Positions 28,735-38,481 of a stretch of 41,818 bases of DNA are shown here, piece after piece (position 1 is the stretch's first letter; each line of letters opens with the position of its first letter). Source of the DNA: Candidatus Omnitrophota bacterium (GTDB taxonomy: Bacteria; Omnitrophota; Gorgyraeia; Velamenicoccales; Velamenicoccaceae); the NCBI GenBank assembly GCA_028717105.1, contig JAQUOM010000001.1:1-41818 (forward strand), written 5' to 3'. Both the position numbers and the translations under genes were made by a program. The notes under the pieces were generated by a model. It did no database searches and had not been told where the DNA came from. It saw nothing but the letters and a program-made list of their open reading frames with translations.

Positions 28735-30769
28735 AGATCTCCTCCACGACGCGGCCCTCGACAAAGCCGGGGATCTTGACGCCCAAAAGCCTCATGATCG
28801 TCGGATATTGGTCGACCATCTTGATGGGTTTTTTTAATGCGTAATTCTTCTTTACTCCCGGCCCGACGATGACAAAGGGTGTCCACATGGCCTGCGTCGT
28901 CTGCGCCACGATGGCCTGTTTGTATCCGGTGACAAGGGGCACGCTAAAGACGGCCTTGTCCTGGCTCATCTCTTCGTTCCATCCAAAACCCGGCGCATTG
29001 GCGACAACCAGGTCGCCCACCCTGTCAGGCGGCAAATCCCAAAAACCCTCGGCGTCTTCCCACCGAACAACCTTCGCAAGAGGCTTTCTGCCGTGTTCAT
29101 CTCTCATCTTTTCCAAAATCTTGATGACGCGGCGGCGCAAGATCTCGTAGGCAGGGCCGCTGTCCCTCTTCCAGGGTCCGGACAGACCCCGGGAATGAAT
29201 ATAAATATTGTCCATCTTGAGAAAAATAACCCTGGAGCGCTCCCAATCAATCACCGGTTCGCCTGTTTCCTGGTTAACAGAGAACACGAGGAGCCCTTCT
29301 TTGGCAAAGAGATTGTTCAGGTTCACATATTGCTCCAGCGGCGCGGCCCCATGATCTGAACTCAAAACGACAAGCGTTGAGGGATCGGCGCGCCGGAGAT
29401 ATTCCCCCAAAACAGCGTCGATCTCTTGATACATCTTCAAGACCTCTTCCCATAACGCCTGCCGTTGTTCTTCGGAGACCTCATGGTATCGCGCGCTCAA
29501 AGGGTCGATAAACCCCAGCCACCACCGGCTCGTCAACATCTGGTTGGGCGTATAAGGATCCTGGATAAAAACATCCGGGCGATACGTTTCCAGGATGAAC
29601 CTTGCGGCATGTCTGTGCCACTCCCAGGACATCTGCGCCTCTTCTAAAAATGTTTTCTTGTCTTCGGGGTAATACACAAGCTGCGCAGGAAAGTTGTCCA
29701 CGAAATCGACCATGGGGCCGGCACCGGCGATGAGTTCATCGGCAACGAAAGAAGGTTTGACGATCAGGCGGTTCAGGTTGTTGTAGACGCAGCGGATCCG
29801 GAAAAACCCTCCTTGCTGCGCGTCGTCCATGTCGAGCGCGATAATCTTGATCTTCACATGAGAAGCCACATCCTGGTCCTGCGAGCGCAAGACAATAGGA
29901 AGCCAGGGAGTCCATTGGCCCTGGGCAAGATCTGCCAGATGGATCTTTTTGTCCAGAGAAAAGACGACGCGGTCATACCGGACCTTCCCGTCATCGCGCG
30001 TGTCATAAAAATAAACGAAAATCGCGGCCCCCCACCCTGTCATCTGCGCCTCCAGCGGCGGGCTCGATGATCGCGGCGCGCCGGACCATCCGGCAGCGGG
30101 CCGGACTTCGATATACCGTGTCAGCTCCGGACCCATGAAAAACATGCGGACCGACCGCCCCTGCTTCCTGCGCGCGGACAGATCGCCCCGTGACTGGAAA
30201 TTGATCGCATGAAAATCGGCCCCCCAACCGCCCCATCGGCCGCGGATTGTGAACCCTTCGTCGAGTTCCGGCGGCGTCGAACCGGGAATGGAAAGCAAGA
30301 CCACGCTTTTGCCTGCTTCCTCTAAGGTCGTCCAGATCGCCGGCACCTTCCGGGCGACAGAGCTGAATCCCGTGACAGCCACACCGTCCAGCGTCCGGCC
30401 CTCCACGTGCATGGGGCCGTCGGCAACGCCGTGCGTCTTGGGATAAGCCCCTGTCAGGAGGGTCGCAAAGTTCACCGGCGTATGAGAAGGGAAATTCGGG
30501 ATGCAGTAACCGTAGGCGCCCTCCTCCATCATGCGCTTGATGTGCGGCAATTTTCCTTCGCGGGCCCATTTGAAAACATTGAAAACAACGGGTTCGGCCC
30601 TCATGCCGTCGGGGATGAACCAATACAGCTTTTGGGCCTTCGGCCCGTCGGGATCCGGCGCCTGCCTGGCCCCGACGCGCGCGACCAGCGGCGCAACAAA
30701 AGACAAGACCGCAAGGCACGACAAAAAGACAACAAATTTCCGGAGTTTTTTCTTCGGATCGTCAGACAT
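28727..30769 (-). CDS. Alkaline phosphatase superfamily protein (nucleotide pyrophosphatase/phosphodiesterase-like)
   Basis: N-terminal TM, FIPDGMR, PSHTPVNFATLLTG (Thr nucleophile position), SSDHG, VDQYPT. Confidence 0.85.
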   Translation of the reverse strand: MSDDPKKKLRKFVVFLSCLAVLSFVAPLVARVGARQAPDPDGPKAQKLYWFIPDGMRAEPVVFNVFKWAREGKLPHIKRMMEEGAYGYCIPNFPSHTPVNFATLLTGAYPKTHGVADGPMHVEGRTLDGVAVTGFSSVARKVPAIWTTLEEAGKSVVLLSIPGSTPPELDEGFTIRGRWGGWGADFHAINFQSRGDLSARRKQGRSVRMFFMGPELTRYIEVRPAAGWSGAPRSSSPPLEAQMTGWGAAIFVYFYDTRDDGKVRYDRVVFSLDKKIHLADLAQGQWTPWLPIVLRSQDQDVASHVKIKIIALDMDDAQQGGFFRIRCVYNNLNRLIVKPSFVADELIAGAGPMVDFVDNFPAQLVYYPEDKKTFLEEAQMSWEWHRHAARFILETYRPDVFIQDPYTPNQMLTSRWWLGFIDPLSARYHEVSEEQRQALWEEVLKMYQEIDAVLGEYLRRADPSTLVVLSSDHGAAPLEQYVNLNNLFAKEGLLVFSVNQETGEPVIDWERSRVIFLKMDNIYIHSRGLSGPWKRDSGPAYEILRRRVIKILEKMRDEHGRKPLAKVVRWEDAEGFWDLPPDRVGDLVVANAPGFGWNEEMSQDKAVFSVPLVTGYKQAIVAQTTQAMWTPFVIVGPGVKKNYALKKPIKMVDQYPTIMRLLGVKIPGFVEGRVVEEIFE

Positions 30770-30778
30770 GCGGAAAAA

Positions 30779-31609
30779 TCACTCCTTCTCTCTGTATTTG
30801 ATCTGGCTGATCTCGGCGCGCCTGAAATTCATCTGGCCCTCCCCGCCGCCCTCGAAATACAGGCGCATGACCACCCCACGGGTGTTCTCGGCCAGGATGC
30901 GCCCTTCGAAGATCAGGCCGTTGCGTAAAATAACGGTATCGAGGCTTTCGGGTTTCGTCACGATCTTGATGTGTTTCAACTGGCTGAGTTTCGGGCGGAT
31001 GACGCTCTGATAGGTCAGGCGGTAAAGGACAACGGCGGCGGACAGGACGGCGAAAGTCACGGCCCAAAAAACCGCGATGCGCCTGAACTTCAAAAAACCG
31101 ATGCGGCTGTAAAGGGTCGTGCGGTTGCGGCCCGTCTTTTTGGAAAAATACAACGCCTCATCGGCCTTCTGGATCAAACCGCCGAGCGTCTCTGTATCGC
31201 TGGGGAACCCTGCGATCCCGCAGCTGACCGTCACACGATAGAAACGGTTTTCATACAGGCACGGCCGATGATGCAGGTTGTAGTGGCACTGGTGAAAGAT
31301 CTGGCAGGCTTCTTTGGGGTTTTTCCCGGGAAAAACGACAACGAATTCATCGCCGCCGTAACGGAATAAATGACACGACCCTTCAAAAAACGTCAAGCGC
31401 AAAGTCGAGGTAGCGTACTTGAGGATCTCGTCGCCGAAAGGATGGCCGTATCGGTCATTAAAATTCTTGAAACGGTCGACATCAATCAGGGCAAGGGAAA
31501 ATCCCCGCCCGTGCGTTTTGGCTTGCAGGGCAAGGTCATGCAGCAAAGGTTCGAGGGCCTCTCTCTGGGTAAAACCGGTGAGGCTGTCTTTGGGGAGTTG
31601 GTCCGGCAT
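30779..31609 (-). CDS. GGDEF diguanylate cyclase with C-terminal TM helix and extracytoplasmic domain
   Basis: DSLTG, DVDRFKNFND.YGH..GD, RYGGDEF, ADEALY..K..GRN. Probable ATG at 31609. Confidence 0.9.
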   Translation of the reverse strand: MPDQLPKDSLTGFTQREALEPLLHDLALQAKTHGRGFSLALIDVDRFKNFNDRYGHPFGDEILKYATSTLRLTFFEGSCHLFRYGGDEFVVVFPGKNPKEACQIFHQCHYNLHHRPCLYENRFYRVTVSCGIAGFPSDTETLGGLIQKADEALYFSKKTGRNRTTLYSRIGFLKFRRIAVFWAVTFAVLSAAVVLYRLTYQSVIRPKLSQLKHIKIVTKPESLDTVILRNGLIFEGRILAENTRGVVMRLYFEGGGEGQMNFRRAEISQIKYREKE

Positions 31610-31778
31610 GATCCACGGGAAAGCTAAAACCAGAGGCACCCGCCGCCTGCACGCATCTGCCTGCACAACGACGGCCGGCGCTAAAAAAGCTCAAAACCCG
31701 GCCGCCGGAGCCCGGACACGCCGCGCCGAAGAGCGTATCTTTCGCTAAGCCCCTGCGCCCGCCGGGCACGACGGCATC

Positions 31779-31925
31779 TCACCAGGCGTTATCCCGCATC
31801 CACTGGTCTGCGTTCTTGATGTCGCGGCCTACACCTTTGACTGTTTCGCAACCCAGGCAGGTGACCATCAACACCAACGCGCAGGCCAAAAGGATCAGGC
31901 GTCTGAAATCCCTTCGCGTCTTCAT
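31779..31925 (-). CDS. 48-aa entericidin EcnA/B-like lipoprotein
   Basis: Not in the ORF track. Translation: MKTRRDFRRLILLACALVLMVTCLGCETVKGVGRDIKNADQWMRDNAW. Lipobox CLGC followed by ETVKGVGRDI. ATGA overlap with the gltX stop. Confidence 0.75.
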   Translation of the reverse strand: MKTRRDFRRLILLACALVLMVTCLGCETVKGVGRDIKNADQWMRDNAW

Positions 31926-33226
31926 ACGGGTCTGTGTTTGTAAAGTTGTATGGCGCGCTCCATTCTTTCCACGGTCCTCTCGCGGCCCAGGACCGCAATC
32001 AACTCGAACATGCCCGGCCCGACGGTTTTGCCGCTGAGGGCCGCGCGGAGAGGATGGATCAACTGTTTCGTCGTCAATCCAAGCTCTTCGGCAACCTGCC
32101 GGAAGACCCGTTCGATCTCCGCGGCGCTGAAATCGGACATCCCGGCAAAACGGTCTTTGAGGGTCCCGAAAGCACCGCTCAAATCCTGCGCCAAAAATTT
32201 CTCTTTGGCGTGAACGTCAAACTCCACGTCCTTGACAAAGAAAGGTTTCATCGCATCCGCCAACTCTCCAAGCGTTTGCGCACGTTCTGTGAATAATTGT
32301 AATACATTGCCCGTAAATTTACCATCAAAATTGTTGTCGGCGATGAGGTTGCGATCCTTTAGAAAAGGCACGATGAGCTCCGTCAGCTTGCCGGCGCCGC
32401 ATGTCTTGATATACTGGCTGTTAAGCCATAAGAGTTTGTTCATGTCGAACGTCGCGGCCGTCTTGTTGGCATCGCAAATATCGAATTTTGCGACCGCGTC
32501 TTTCAGGGAGATGATTTCCTGGTTGTTCCCGGGCGACCAGCCCAGGAGCATCAGGTAATTCACCAGGGCTTCGGACAAAAATCCCATCGACCTGTATTCG
32601 CTGATGGCCGTGGCCCCGGCGCGCTTGGACATGCGTCCGCCGCCCGCACCCAGGATCATGGGGATGTGCGCGAAACGCGGCAAAGAATACCCCAGGGCCT
32701 CGTACAAGACGACCTGTTTGGGGGTATTGGAGATATGGTCGTCCCCGCGGATAATATGCGTAATCCCCATCGCCGCGTCATCGACCACACAGGCAAAATT
32801 ATAGGTCGGCGACTGATCGGACTTGATCAGGACCTGATCTTTAATGAGCCCCGTATCGAACGTGATCCTGCCGTGGATCATGTCGTCGATCTCCGCCGTC
32901 TTTTGCGGCATCCTGAAGATCACGGCCCCTGATCCGTCCTCGGCCAGATACGCCCGGCCCTCTTCTAAAAGCTTTTTGGCTATCCCGCGATACACGTCAA
33001 AACGCTGGCTCTGGTAATGCAACTCATCCCAATCCAGGCCCAGCCAGGCCAGGCTGAAAAGGATCTCATCGAGATATTCCTTTTTTGAACGCGACTGGTC
33101 GGTATCTTCGATGCGCAGGATAAAAGAACCGCCTTTCGCGCGCGCATAGAGCCAGTTAAACAGGCACGTCCGCGCGCCGCCGATATGCAAAAAGCCCGTC
33201 GGACTCGGGGCAAATCTCACCTTCAT
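31922..33226 (-). CDS. gltX: Glutamate--tRNA ligase
   Basis: VRFAPSPTGFLHIGG, LRIEDTD, IIRGDDH, RMSKR, LRAALSG..GP. SD AGAGGAG before ATG 33226. Confidence 0.96.
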   Translation of the reverse strand: MKVRFAPSPTGFLHIGGARTCLFNWLYARAKGGSFILRIEDTDQSRSKKEYLDEILFSLAWLGLDWDELHYQSQRFDVYRGIAKKLLEEGRAYLAEDGSGAVIFRMPQKTAEIDDMIHGRITFDTGLIKDQVLIKSDQSPTYNFACVVDDAAMGITHIIRGDDHISNTPKQVVLYEALGYSLPRFAHIPMILGAGGGRMSKRAGATAISEYRSMGFLSEALVNYLMLLGWSPGNNQEIISLKDAVAKFDICDANKTAATFDMNKLLWLNSQYIKTCGAGKLTELIVPFLKDRNLIADNNFDGKFTGNVLQLFTERAQTLGELADAMKPFFVKDVEFDVHAKEKFLAQDLSGAFGTLKDRFAGMSDFSAAEIERVFRQVAEELGLTTKQLIHPLRAALSGKTVGPGMFELIAVLGRERTVERMERAIQLYKHRPV

Positions 33227-33333
33227 TTGCTGACTCCTCTTCTTAGGCGTCCAAAAGGCAAGGCGATGAGCCATCTTTTTTACTCATCGCGCCATCATGG
33301 AACGCCTTGTTTGCCTGACAGCTTGGCGTCTTG

Positions 33334-33888
33334 TTATTTGGCGCCTGGAGCGGCCTTCTGTGCGAAAAAAAAGCCCTCTTCCAGGGCTTTCTTGTTGACG
33401 GCGATCAGGTTCGGCCTGTGAGCCAGGACTTCTTCGATGGCCTGTTCCATTGTAGGCAGGGCGATGATCTTTTTCAAGCCCAAATACACGCCGATGGCGA
33501 CCGTATTGGCCACCTTCTCCAGCCCGAGGTCTCGGGCCATCTGCGTTAAGGGGACATTGACGACTCTCAGGCGGCGCGATGTCCCCGCGCACTGCGCCAG
33601 GGTCTCGTTGACAAGCAGAAGCCCCTTGGGCCGCAAGGCCGTACGAAAGCGTTTCAGCGAAGGATCGTTCATGATGATCAGGGAATCGGCCCTCTCCACC
33701 ATCGGAGAGGCGATTGGCCCGTCGGAGATCACGACCATGCAATGCGCCGTGCCGCCGCGGACCTCTGCGCCATACGACGGAAGCCATGTGGCGTTCTTGC
33801 CTTCGCGCAGCGCCGACATGGCCAGGACCTTCCCCATGGCCATGATGCCCTGTCCGCCGAACCCCGCACAAATGATCTTCTCGGTCAT
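33334..33888 (-). CDS. 2-oxoacid:ferredoxin oxidoreductase gamma subunit
   Basis: [33 protein letters not shown]. Confidence 0.93.
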   Translation of the reverse strand: MTEKIICAGFGGQGIMAMGKVLAMSALREGKNATWLPSYGAEVRGGTAHCMVVISDGPIASPMVERADSLIIMNDPSLKRFRTALRPKGLLLVNETLAQCAGTSRRLRVVNVPLTQMARDLGLEKVANTVAIGVYLGLKKIIALPTMEQAIEEVLAHRPNLIAVNKKALEEGFFFAQKAAPGAK

Positions 33889-33981
33889 GCGATCAACTCC
33901 CGTTATCCTGCGCCCGGAAAAAAGCCGCCGGCCTGGCTGCCCGCTTGTCTTCGACAGGCAGGCGGACGTACCGGCGGAACT

Positions 33982-34734
33982 TCACCTTACCGCCCTCACC
34001 AGCGTCATCCGCATGGAATCAAAAATATCGCCATCCTTCCATTGCACGTCGTGGATCCTTTTGAAAACGTCCGAGGCCTTCAGATACGCCTCCCTGATCT
34101 TCTCTTTGTCTTCTTCGGCAAGCACGCCGTGGTCGATCCAGCGATTAACGGATTCTCGCGTAATATACTCCATAACCTCTATGTTTGTAAAGGCGTTTCT
34201 GTTCAGGGATTCGGGGATGTCCTGCGGCAGAAAAAAATTCTTGCGCGCCGGATTACGGAGCTTCTGAATCAAGAACGTCTCCTCCCGGTCTTCCGGGCCG
34301 TACGCCGTCAAGTGGCAAAAGACAGCCCGGCCGCCAGGCTTCAAGACCCGGTGGACCTCGGCGACGACACGATCCACCTCCATGAACTGCAGCCCCTGGC
34401 GGCACACGCAGGCGTCGAACTCCCCGTCCTTAAAAGGAAGGCGCTCCGCCGGGCTCAGGACGATTTCATCGACGCAGCCCCGGGCCTGGCACACCATATC
34501 CGGACAGATGTCCAGGCCGACGACACGGCCCACCCGCCCGAGAAATGCCCGGGAAATTTTTCCTGTTCCGACCGCAATATCAAGGACAGTATCCTCCGGC
34601 CCGGCCGACGCCGCCTCCCGGATCTTGGCGATCAAGGCCGGATCCTCCACCCATGCCGAAGAACCATTATATCGGCCGGCGCGTTTCATGAAATGGATCG
34701 CCACATTGTCCGGCGCTGCGCCGTTACTCTCCAT
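33982..34734 (-). CDS. Class I SAM-dependent methyltransferase
   Basis: [30 protein letters not shown]. Paralogous to 37696-38469. Confidence 0.88.
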   Translation of the reverse strand: MESNGAAPDNVAIHFMKRAGRYNGSSAWVEDPALIAKIREAASAGPEDTVLDIAVGTGKISRAFLGRVGRVVGLDICPDMVCQARGCVDEIVLSPAERLPFKDGEFDACVCRQGLQFMEVDRVVAEVHRVLKPGGRAVFCHLTAYGPEDREETFLIQKLRNPARKNFFLPQDIPESLNRNAFTNIEVMEYITRESVNRWIDHGVLAEEDKEKIREAYLKASDVFKRIHDVQWKDGDIFDSMRMTLVRAVR

Positions 34735-36136
34735 AATGCCCTTCCCGTTCTTTGGTCATCTTCCAGATCTCGTGGAAATAATGCCGAAGGGTCTCTTCTT
34801 TGACGTCCGTGAGATTGATGATCTCATCATCGTGGTCGCTGACCCGGCGGCGGGATAACATCTTCAAAAACCCGGGGATGTCCGCGATCTTCCCGGTTCC
34901 AACGGCGTGGTGATACAGGCTCGTGCCGGGGAACGGAACCAGATATTTCACCAACGGCAGGAATTTTTCTTCTTTGATGAAATCCAGCATCTTGCGCAGG
35001 GATGCCTCTGTCTCGCCGTACAACCCGACGATAAAAAGCCCCCGGGCCGCCAAACCGCCCTCCCGGGCCAGCCGCACGGCACGGCGGATGTCGGCCAGCT
35101 TGATATTTTTCCTGTTCTGGTCCAGAATCTCCTGGTCGCAGGATTCGATCCCGAACCATACCCCCAGGCAACCCGTCTCCTTGAGCGTTTCCACCCAGGC
35201 CTTGCTAACCTTCTGCACCCGCGCGAAACAGTGGTATTGGACGTCGTGGGCCTTCAGGATCCGGCAGATCTGGATCGCGCGCGGCTCGTTCACATTAAAG
35301 GTCAGATCATTAAGCCAGGTATAATCGAACTGCGTCGCTTTTTTCAAATGGGCCACTTCTTCTTCAAACCTTTTGATGCTTTTCAAACGAAGCGCCGGGA
35401 TCGTCTTAAAACAGAAAGAACACTCATGAGGACAGCCGCGCATCGAAGAGATCAAAATCTGCCCGTTCTTAACGATGCTCTCGCAATGAGGCCAGATCGT
35501 ATAATCCAGGAACGGGAGGTGGTCGAGATCCTTGATCTGCGGCCTCGGCGAGTTGACCCGGACCCGGCCGTTGTCACGAAAAGCCATTCCCTTGATGCGG
35601 CCCAGGTCCATGGCCGGGTCCCGGACATACGCTTCCAGGAATTCAATAAGCGTCAACTCGCCTTCGCCGATGACCGCGCAATCTGCCGATGTCTGCTGCA
35701 ACATGACCTCCGGCAGGGACGTCACGAGCGGCCCGCCTAAAAAAACCAGTTTGTGCGGGTAGCGTTCCTTGAGCGCGCGCGTGATATCCTGCAAAAAAAC
35801 AAACGAGTCGCAATAGGTCGCGATCCCGATCATGTCGGCGCTCGCCGCCTCTTCCAAGACCCGCTGGTCCGAATTTTCCGGCCAGCGGCAGTCCACGACC
35901 TTTAAAGAAAAACCCATCTTCTTGACGAGCGTCGCGATATACGTGAATCCTTCAAAGGGCCCTCTCACCAGGAATTCCCTTCCCGGCGTAGGAACCTGCG
36001 GCGAAGGGGGAACGATCAAAATCACCTTCTCGCGGCGCGACGGGGCTGCGGCCGCAAGAGAAATGTCCTTAAGGCGCTCCTCCTGCGGATCTGTCGCGCC
36101 GGAATAGTCATAATGGCATGGTGGCAGGTGGCTCAT
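34724..36136 (-). CDS. B12-binding domain radical SAM protein
   Basis: LGGPL, IGEGE, RGCPHECSFC, GIES, FIVGL.GET. Probable ATG at 36136. Confidence 0.9.
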   Translation of the reverse strand: MSHLPPCHYDYSGATDPQEERLKDISLAAAAPSRREKVILIVPPSPQVPTPGREFLVRGPFEGFTYIATLVKKMGFSLKVVDCRWPENSDQRVLEEAASADMIGIATYCDSFVFLQDITRALKERYPHKLVFLGGPLVTSLPEVMLQQTSADCAVIGEGELTLIEFLEAYVRDPAMDLGRIKGMAFRDNGRVRVNSPRPQIKDLDHLPFLDYTIWPHCESIVKNGQILISSMRGCPHECSFCFKTIPALRLKSIKRFEEEVAHLKKATQFDYTWLNDLTFNVNEPRAIQICRILKAHDVQYHCFARVQKVSKAWVETLKETGCLGVWFGIESCDQEILDQNRKNIKLADIRRAVRLAREGGLAARGLFIVGLYGETEASLRKMLDFIKEEKFLPLVKYLVPFPGTSLYHHAVGTGKIADIPGFLKMLSRRRVSDHDDEIINLTDVKEETLRHYFHEIWKMTKEREGHYGE

Positions 36137-36156
36137 CTTCAGTGTGTCACGCCCCC

Positions 36157-37653
36157 TCACGAGCAACGAACGATGTTTGTTTCCCTCAAAGCCCCTCTTC
36201 TTGCCGCGGAAGGGCCGCGGTTTTTGAATTTTTCCGGTTTTGACAGAAACCGGTTGACCGGATTCCAGTATTCATAAGGCCTCATCTCGATCTGGCGATT
36301 GATGGTGCGATAAGCCCGGCGCAACGCGCTCTCGGAAATATCGTTAAAAAGGAGGATCTCGTCGTCGGCAACGGAGCGCTCCCGCGAAAGAAAATACAAG
36401 TGTTCCAGCTCGTCCTTGATCAGGCCTCTTTTGAGGGCATCCTCATACAGGGGAGTGCCTGGAAGGGCCGACATATATTTGACCCGCGTCACTTCTTTAA
36501 ACCTCCGGCAGAAATCGATCGTGCGCTTCAGGCTCTCCCGGGTCTCGCCGGGAGCGCCGATAATAAAGAGCCCCCCCACCTTCAATCCGGCCTGCCGTGT
36601 CAAGGCGATGGCCCGGACGATCGCCTGCGCGGAGACCTTCTTGCGGAAATACTCCAGGATCTTTTTCGTGATCGACTCAAAACCGTACATGACGATATCG
36701 CATCCACACTCCCGCATATGTTCCAGGACGGCCCGATCGATGCCGTCGACGCGGGTAAAACAACTCCAGCGGAAATCTATCCCCCGGAAAGCCCCGTCCA
36801 TCAACCGATGAATGCGTTCTTTGGAATCGACGAAAGTCAAATCGCTCCACCAGGCATATCTGTACTTGTATTTCTTGAGGGCTATAAGTTCGCGGCGAAC
36901 CCTTGCCGCGGATTTGTAACGCAAAACCGGCATCGCCCGAAAACAAAAAGTACACGCCCCGGGGCATCCGCGGCTCGACGTCATAAAAATTTCGGGGACC
37001 TCGCCGGTCCGGCGGACATGCGGCCACACCGAAAAGTCCTGGATCGGCACGGCGTCGAGATCGCGCATCTGGGGCCGCCGGGAATTCAAAACCGCGCGGC
37101 CGTCAGGGCCTCTCCAGGCCAACCCCTTGACCTCAGAAGGAAGCAGCGCTCCTTTTCTCTTCATCAGGCAATCCGCCAATTCGATCGTCGTCAACTCGCC
37201 TTCGCCGATGACCGCATAATCCGCCGCCGTATGTTCCATAAGCAGGCGCGGGACGGACGACACCAAAGGCCCGCCGAGAACGACCGGCCGCGCCGGAACT
37301 TCCGCCTTGGCGATCTCCACGACGCGCCTGACGAACGGAAAACTATCTTCATAGGTCGCGATGGCAACCAGATCGATATGTTTTAGGGGCCCGCCCGCGA
37401 GCGCTTCGGGATTAAAATTGTCTCTCTGATCGAACAGGACCACATCCAGCCCCAGTCCCCGAAAGACCGCGGCGATGACAGAAGGGCCCTCAAAAGGAGC
37501 GCGATGGACAAACTCCCATCCCCGGGGCACCACAAAAGGAGACGGCGGCACGATCAACCCGACCTTCATCCCGTGTTCAACCTTGAAACGGGTCTTCCGG
37601 GCGATCTTCGCCAGCCGGCCATATGTATCTGATCGACGGGAAGATGATGTCAT
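36157..37653 (-). CDS. B12-binding domain radical SAM protein
   Basis: LGGPL, IGEGE, SRGCPGACTFC, GFES, FIIGAPGET. Alternative start at 37569. Paralogous to the downstream neighbour. Confidence 0.9.
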   Translation of the reverse strand: MTSSSRRSDTYGRLAKIARKTRFKVEHGMKVGLIVPPSPFVVPRGWEFVHRAPFEGPSVIAAVFRGLGLDVVLFDQRDNFNPEALAGGPLKHIDLVAIATYEDSFPFVRRVVEIAKAEVPARPVVLGGPLVSSVPRLLMEHTAADYAVIGEGELTTIELADCLMKRKGALLPSEVKGLAWRGPDGRAVLNSRRPQMRDLDAVPIQDFSVWPHVRRTGEVPEIFMTSSRGCPGACTFCFRAMPVLRYKSAARVRRELIALKKYKYRYAWWSDLTFVDSKERIHRLMDGAFRGIDFRWSCFTRVDGIDRAVLEHMRECGCDIVMYGFESITKKILEYFRKKVSAQAIVRAIALTRQAGLKVGGLFIIGAPGETRESLKRTIDFCRRFKEVTRVKYMSALPGTPLYEDALKRGLIKDELEHLYFLSRERSVADDEILLFNDISESALRRAYRTINRQIEMRPYEYWNPVNRFLSKPEKFKNRGPSAARRGALRETNIVRCS

Positions 37654-37695
37654 CGTTTTTACGAACGGCCGGCGCGGCTAAAAAACCGCCCGGGC

Positions 37696-38469
37696 TCAAC
37701 CTTTATCTTGGGGATGGAACACTGTTTTTAAAACGACCCAATTCCAATCTTCCAGGACTTCGCCGTCCGTTACCTGGACATCATGCCAGGACTTGTAAAC
37801 GGCCGGCGCATTTTTCACCAGATCGACGACCTGCGCGCGGACGCCGGCATTCAGTTCAGGGGCGCAGCGCATCCACTGGGTCACCGACTCCCGGACCCTG
37901 AACTCCTGCGTTGCGACAACAGAAAACCCGGCCCGATTCAAGACCTCGACCAGTTCCTGGGCCGTGTAGAATTCCAAAAGCAGGGGTTGTTTAACGTGAT
38001 GTATCTTGGAGAGCCATCCGGCGTCCTCGCCGCAAAAAGGGACCGTCAGGCTCAAGATAAACGTTCCGCCCGGCACAAGGACGCGGGCAATCTCCGCAAG
38101 GACCTTCGGGACGTTCAGGAACTGGAATGACTGCCGGCAGACAACCAGCTGAAAATTCCCGGACGCGAAAGGCATGGCCTCGGCGGCGCCTGTCGAAACC
38201 GGAAAATAACGGGAAGAAACCGCGGCCATCTCGCCGCAAAGGTCCAGCCCTTTTACCGCCCAGCCCGCGGCCTTCAACGCGCGCCCCACCTGCCCCGTGC
38301 CGCAGCACAAATCCAGGGCTTCCCCGCCAGGAGGACCCGCTGCCTCGACGTGGGCGCGGATCAGCCGGGCATCGCAGACCCAGTTCGCAGAAACCTCAAA
38401 ATCTTCCGCCCGGGCGGCAAACTGGCCTTTGATCCTTTCCCCAAAAATCCCCGCATCATTCTGGTCCAA
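37696..38469 (-). CDS. Class I SAM-dependent methyltransferase
   Basis: LDLCCGTG, GLDLC, AEAMPF, CRQS, RVLVPGG. Confidence 0.88.
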   Translation of the reverse strand: MDQNDAGIFGERIKGQFAARAEDFEVSANWVCDARLIRAHVEAAGPPGGEALDLCCGTGQVGRALKAAGWAVKGLDLCGEMAAVSSRYFPVSTGAAEAMPFASGNFQLVVCRQSFQFLNVPKVLAEIARVLVPGGTFILSLTVPFCGEDAGWLSKIHHVKQPLLLEFYTAQELVEVLNRAGFSVVATQEFRVRESVTQWMRCAPELNAGVRAQVVDLVKNAPAVYKSWHDVQVTDGEVLEDWNWVVLKTVFHPQDKG

Positions 38470-38481
38470 AACTCCTCCGGA

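Noticed and set aside
31789-31998. 69-aa ORF-track call after gltX
   Set aside because: Wrong frame. The lipoprotein ORF 31779-31925 has a lipobox and a coupled start.
33245-33333. GGCAAAC...GGACGC in the gltX leader, reminiscent of a c-di-GMP-I riboswitch
   Set aside because: It lacks the GNRA-capped stem and the GACGCAAAG continuation, and the spacing is wrong.
33928-33950. Possible intrinsic terminator after the methyltransferase (GC stem + T6 on the minus strand)
   Set aside because: The stem is short and mismatched, so it cannot be supported without folding calculations.
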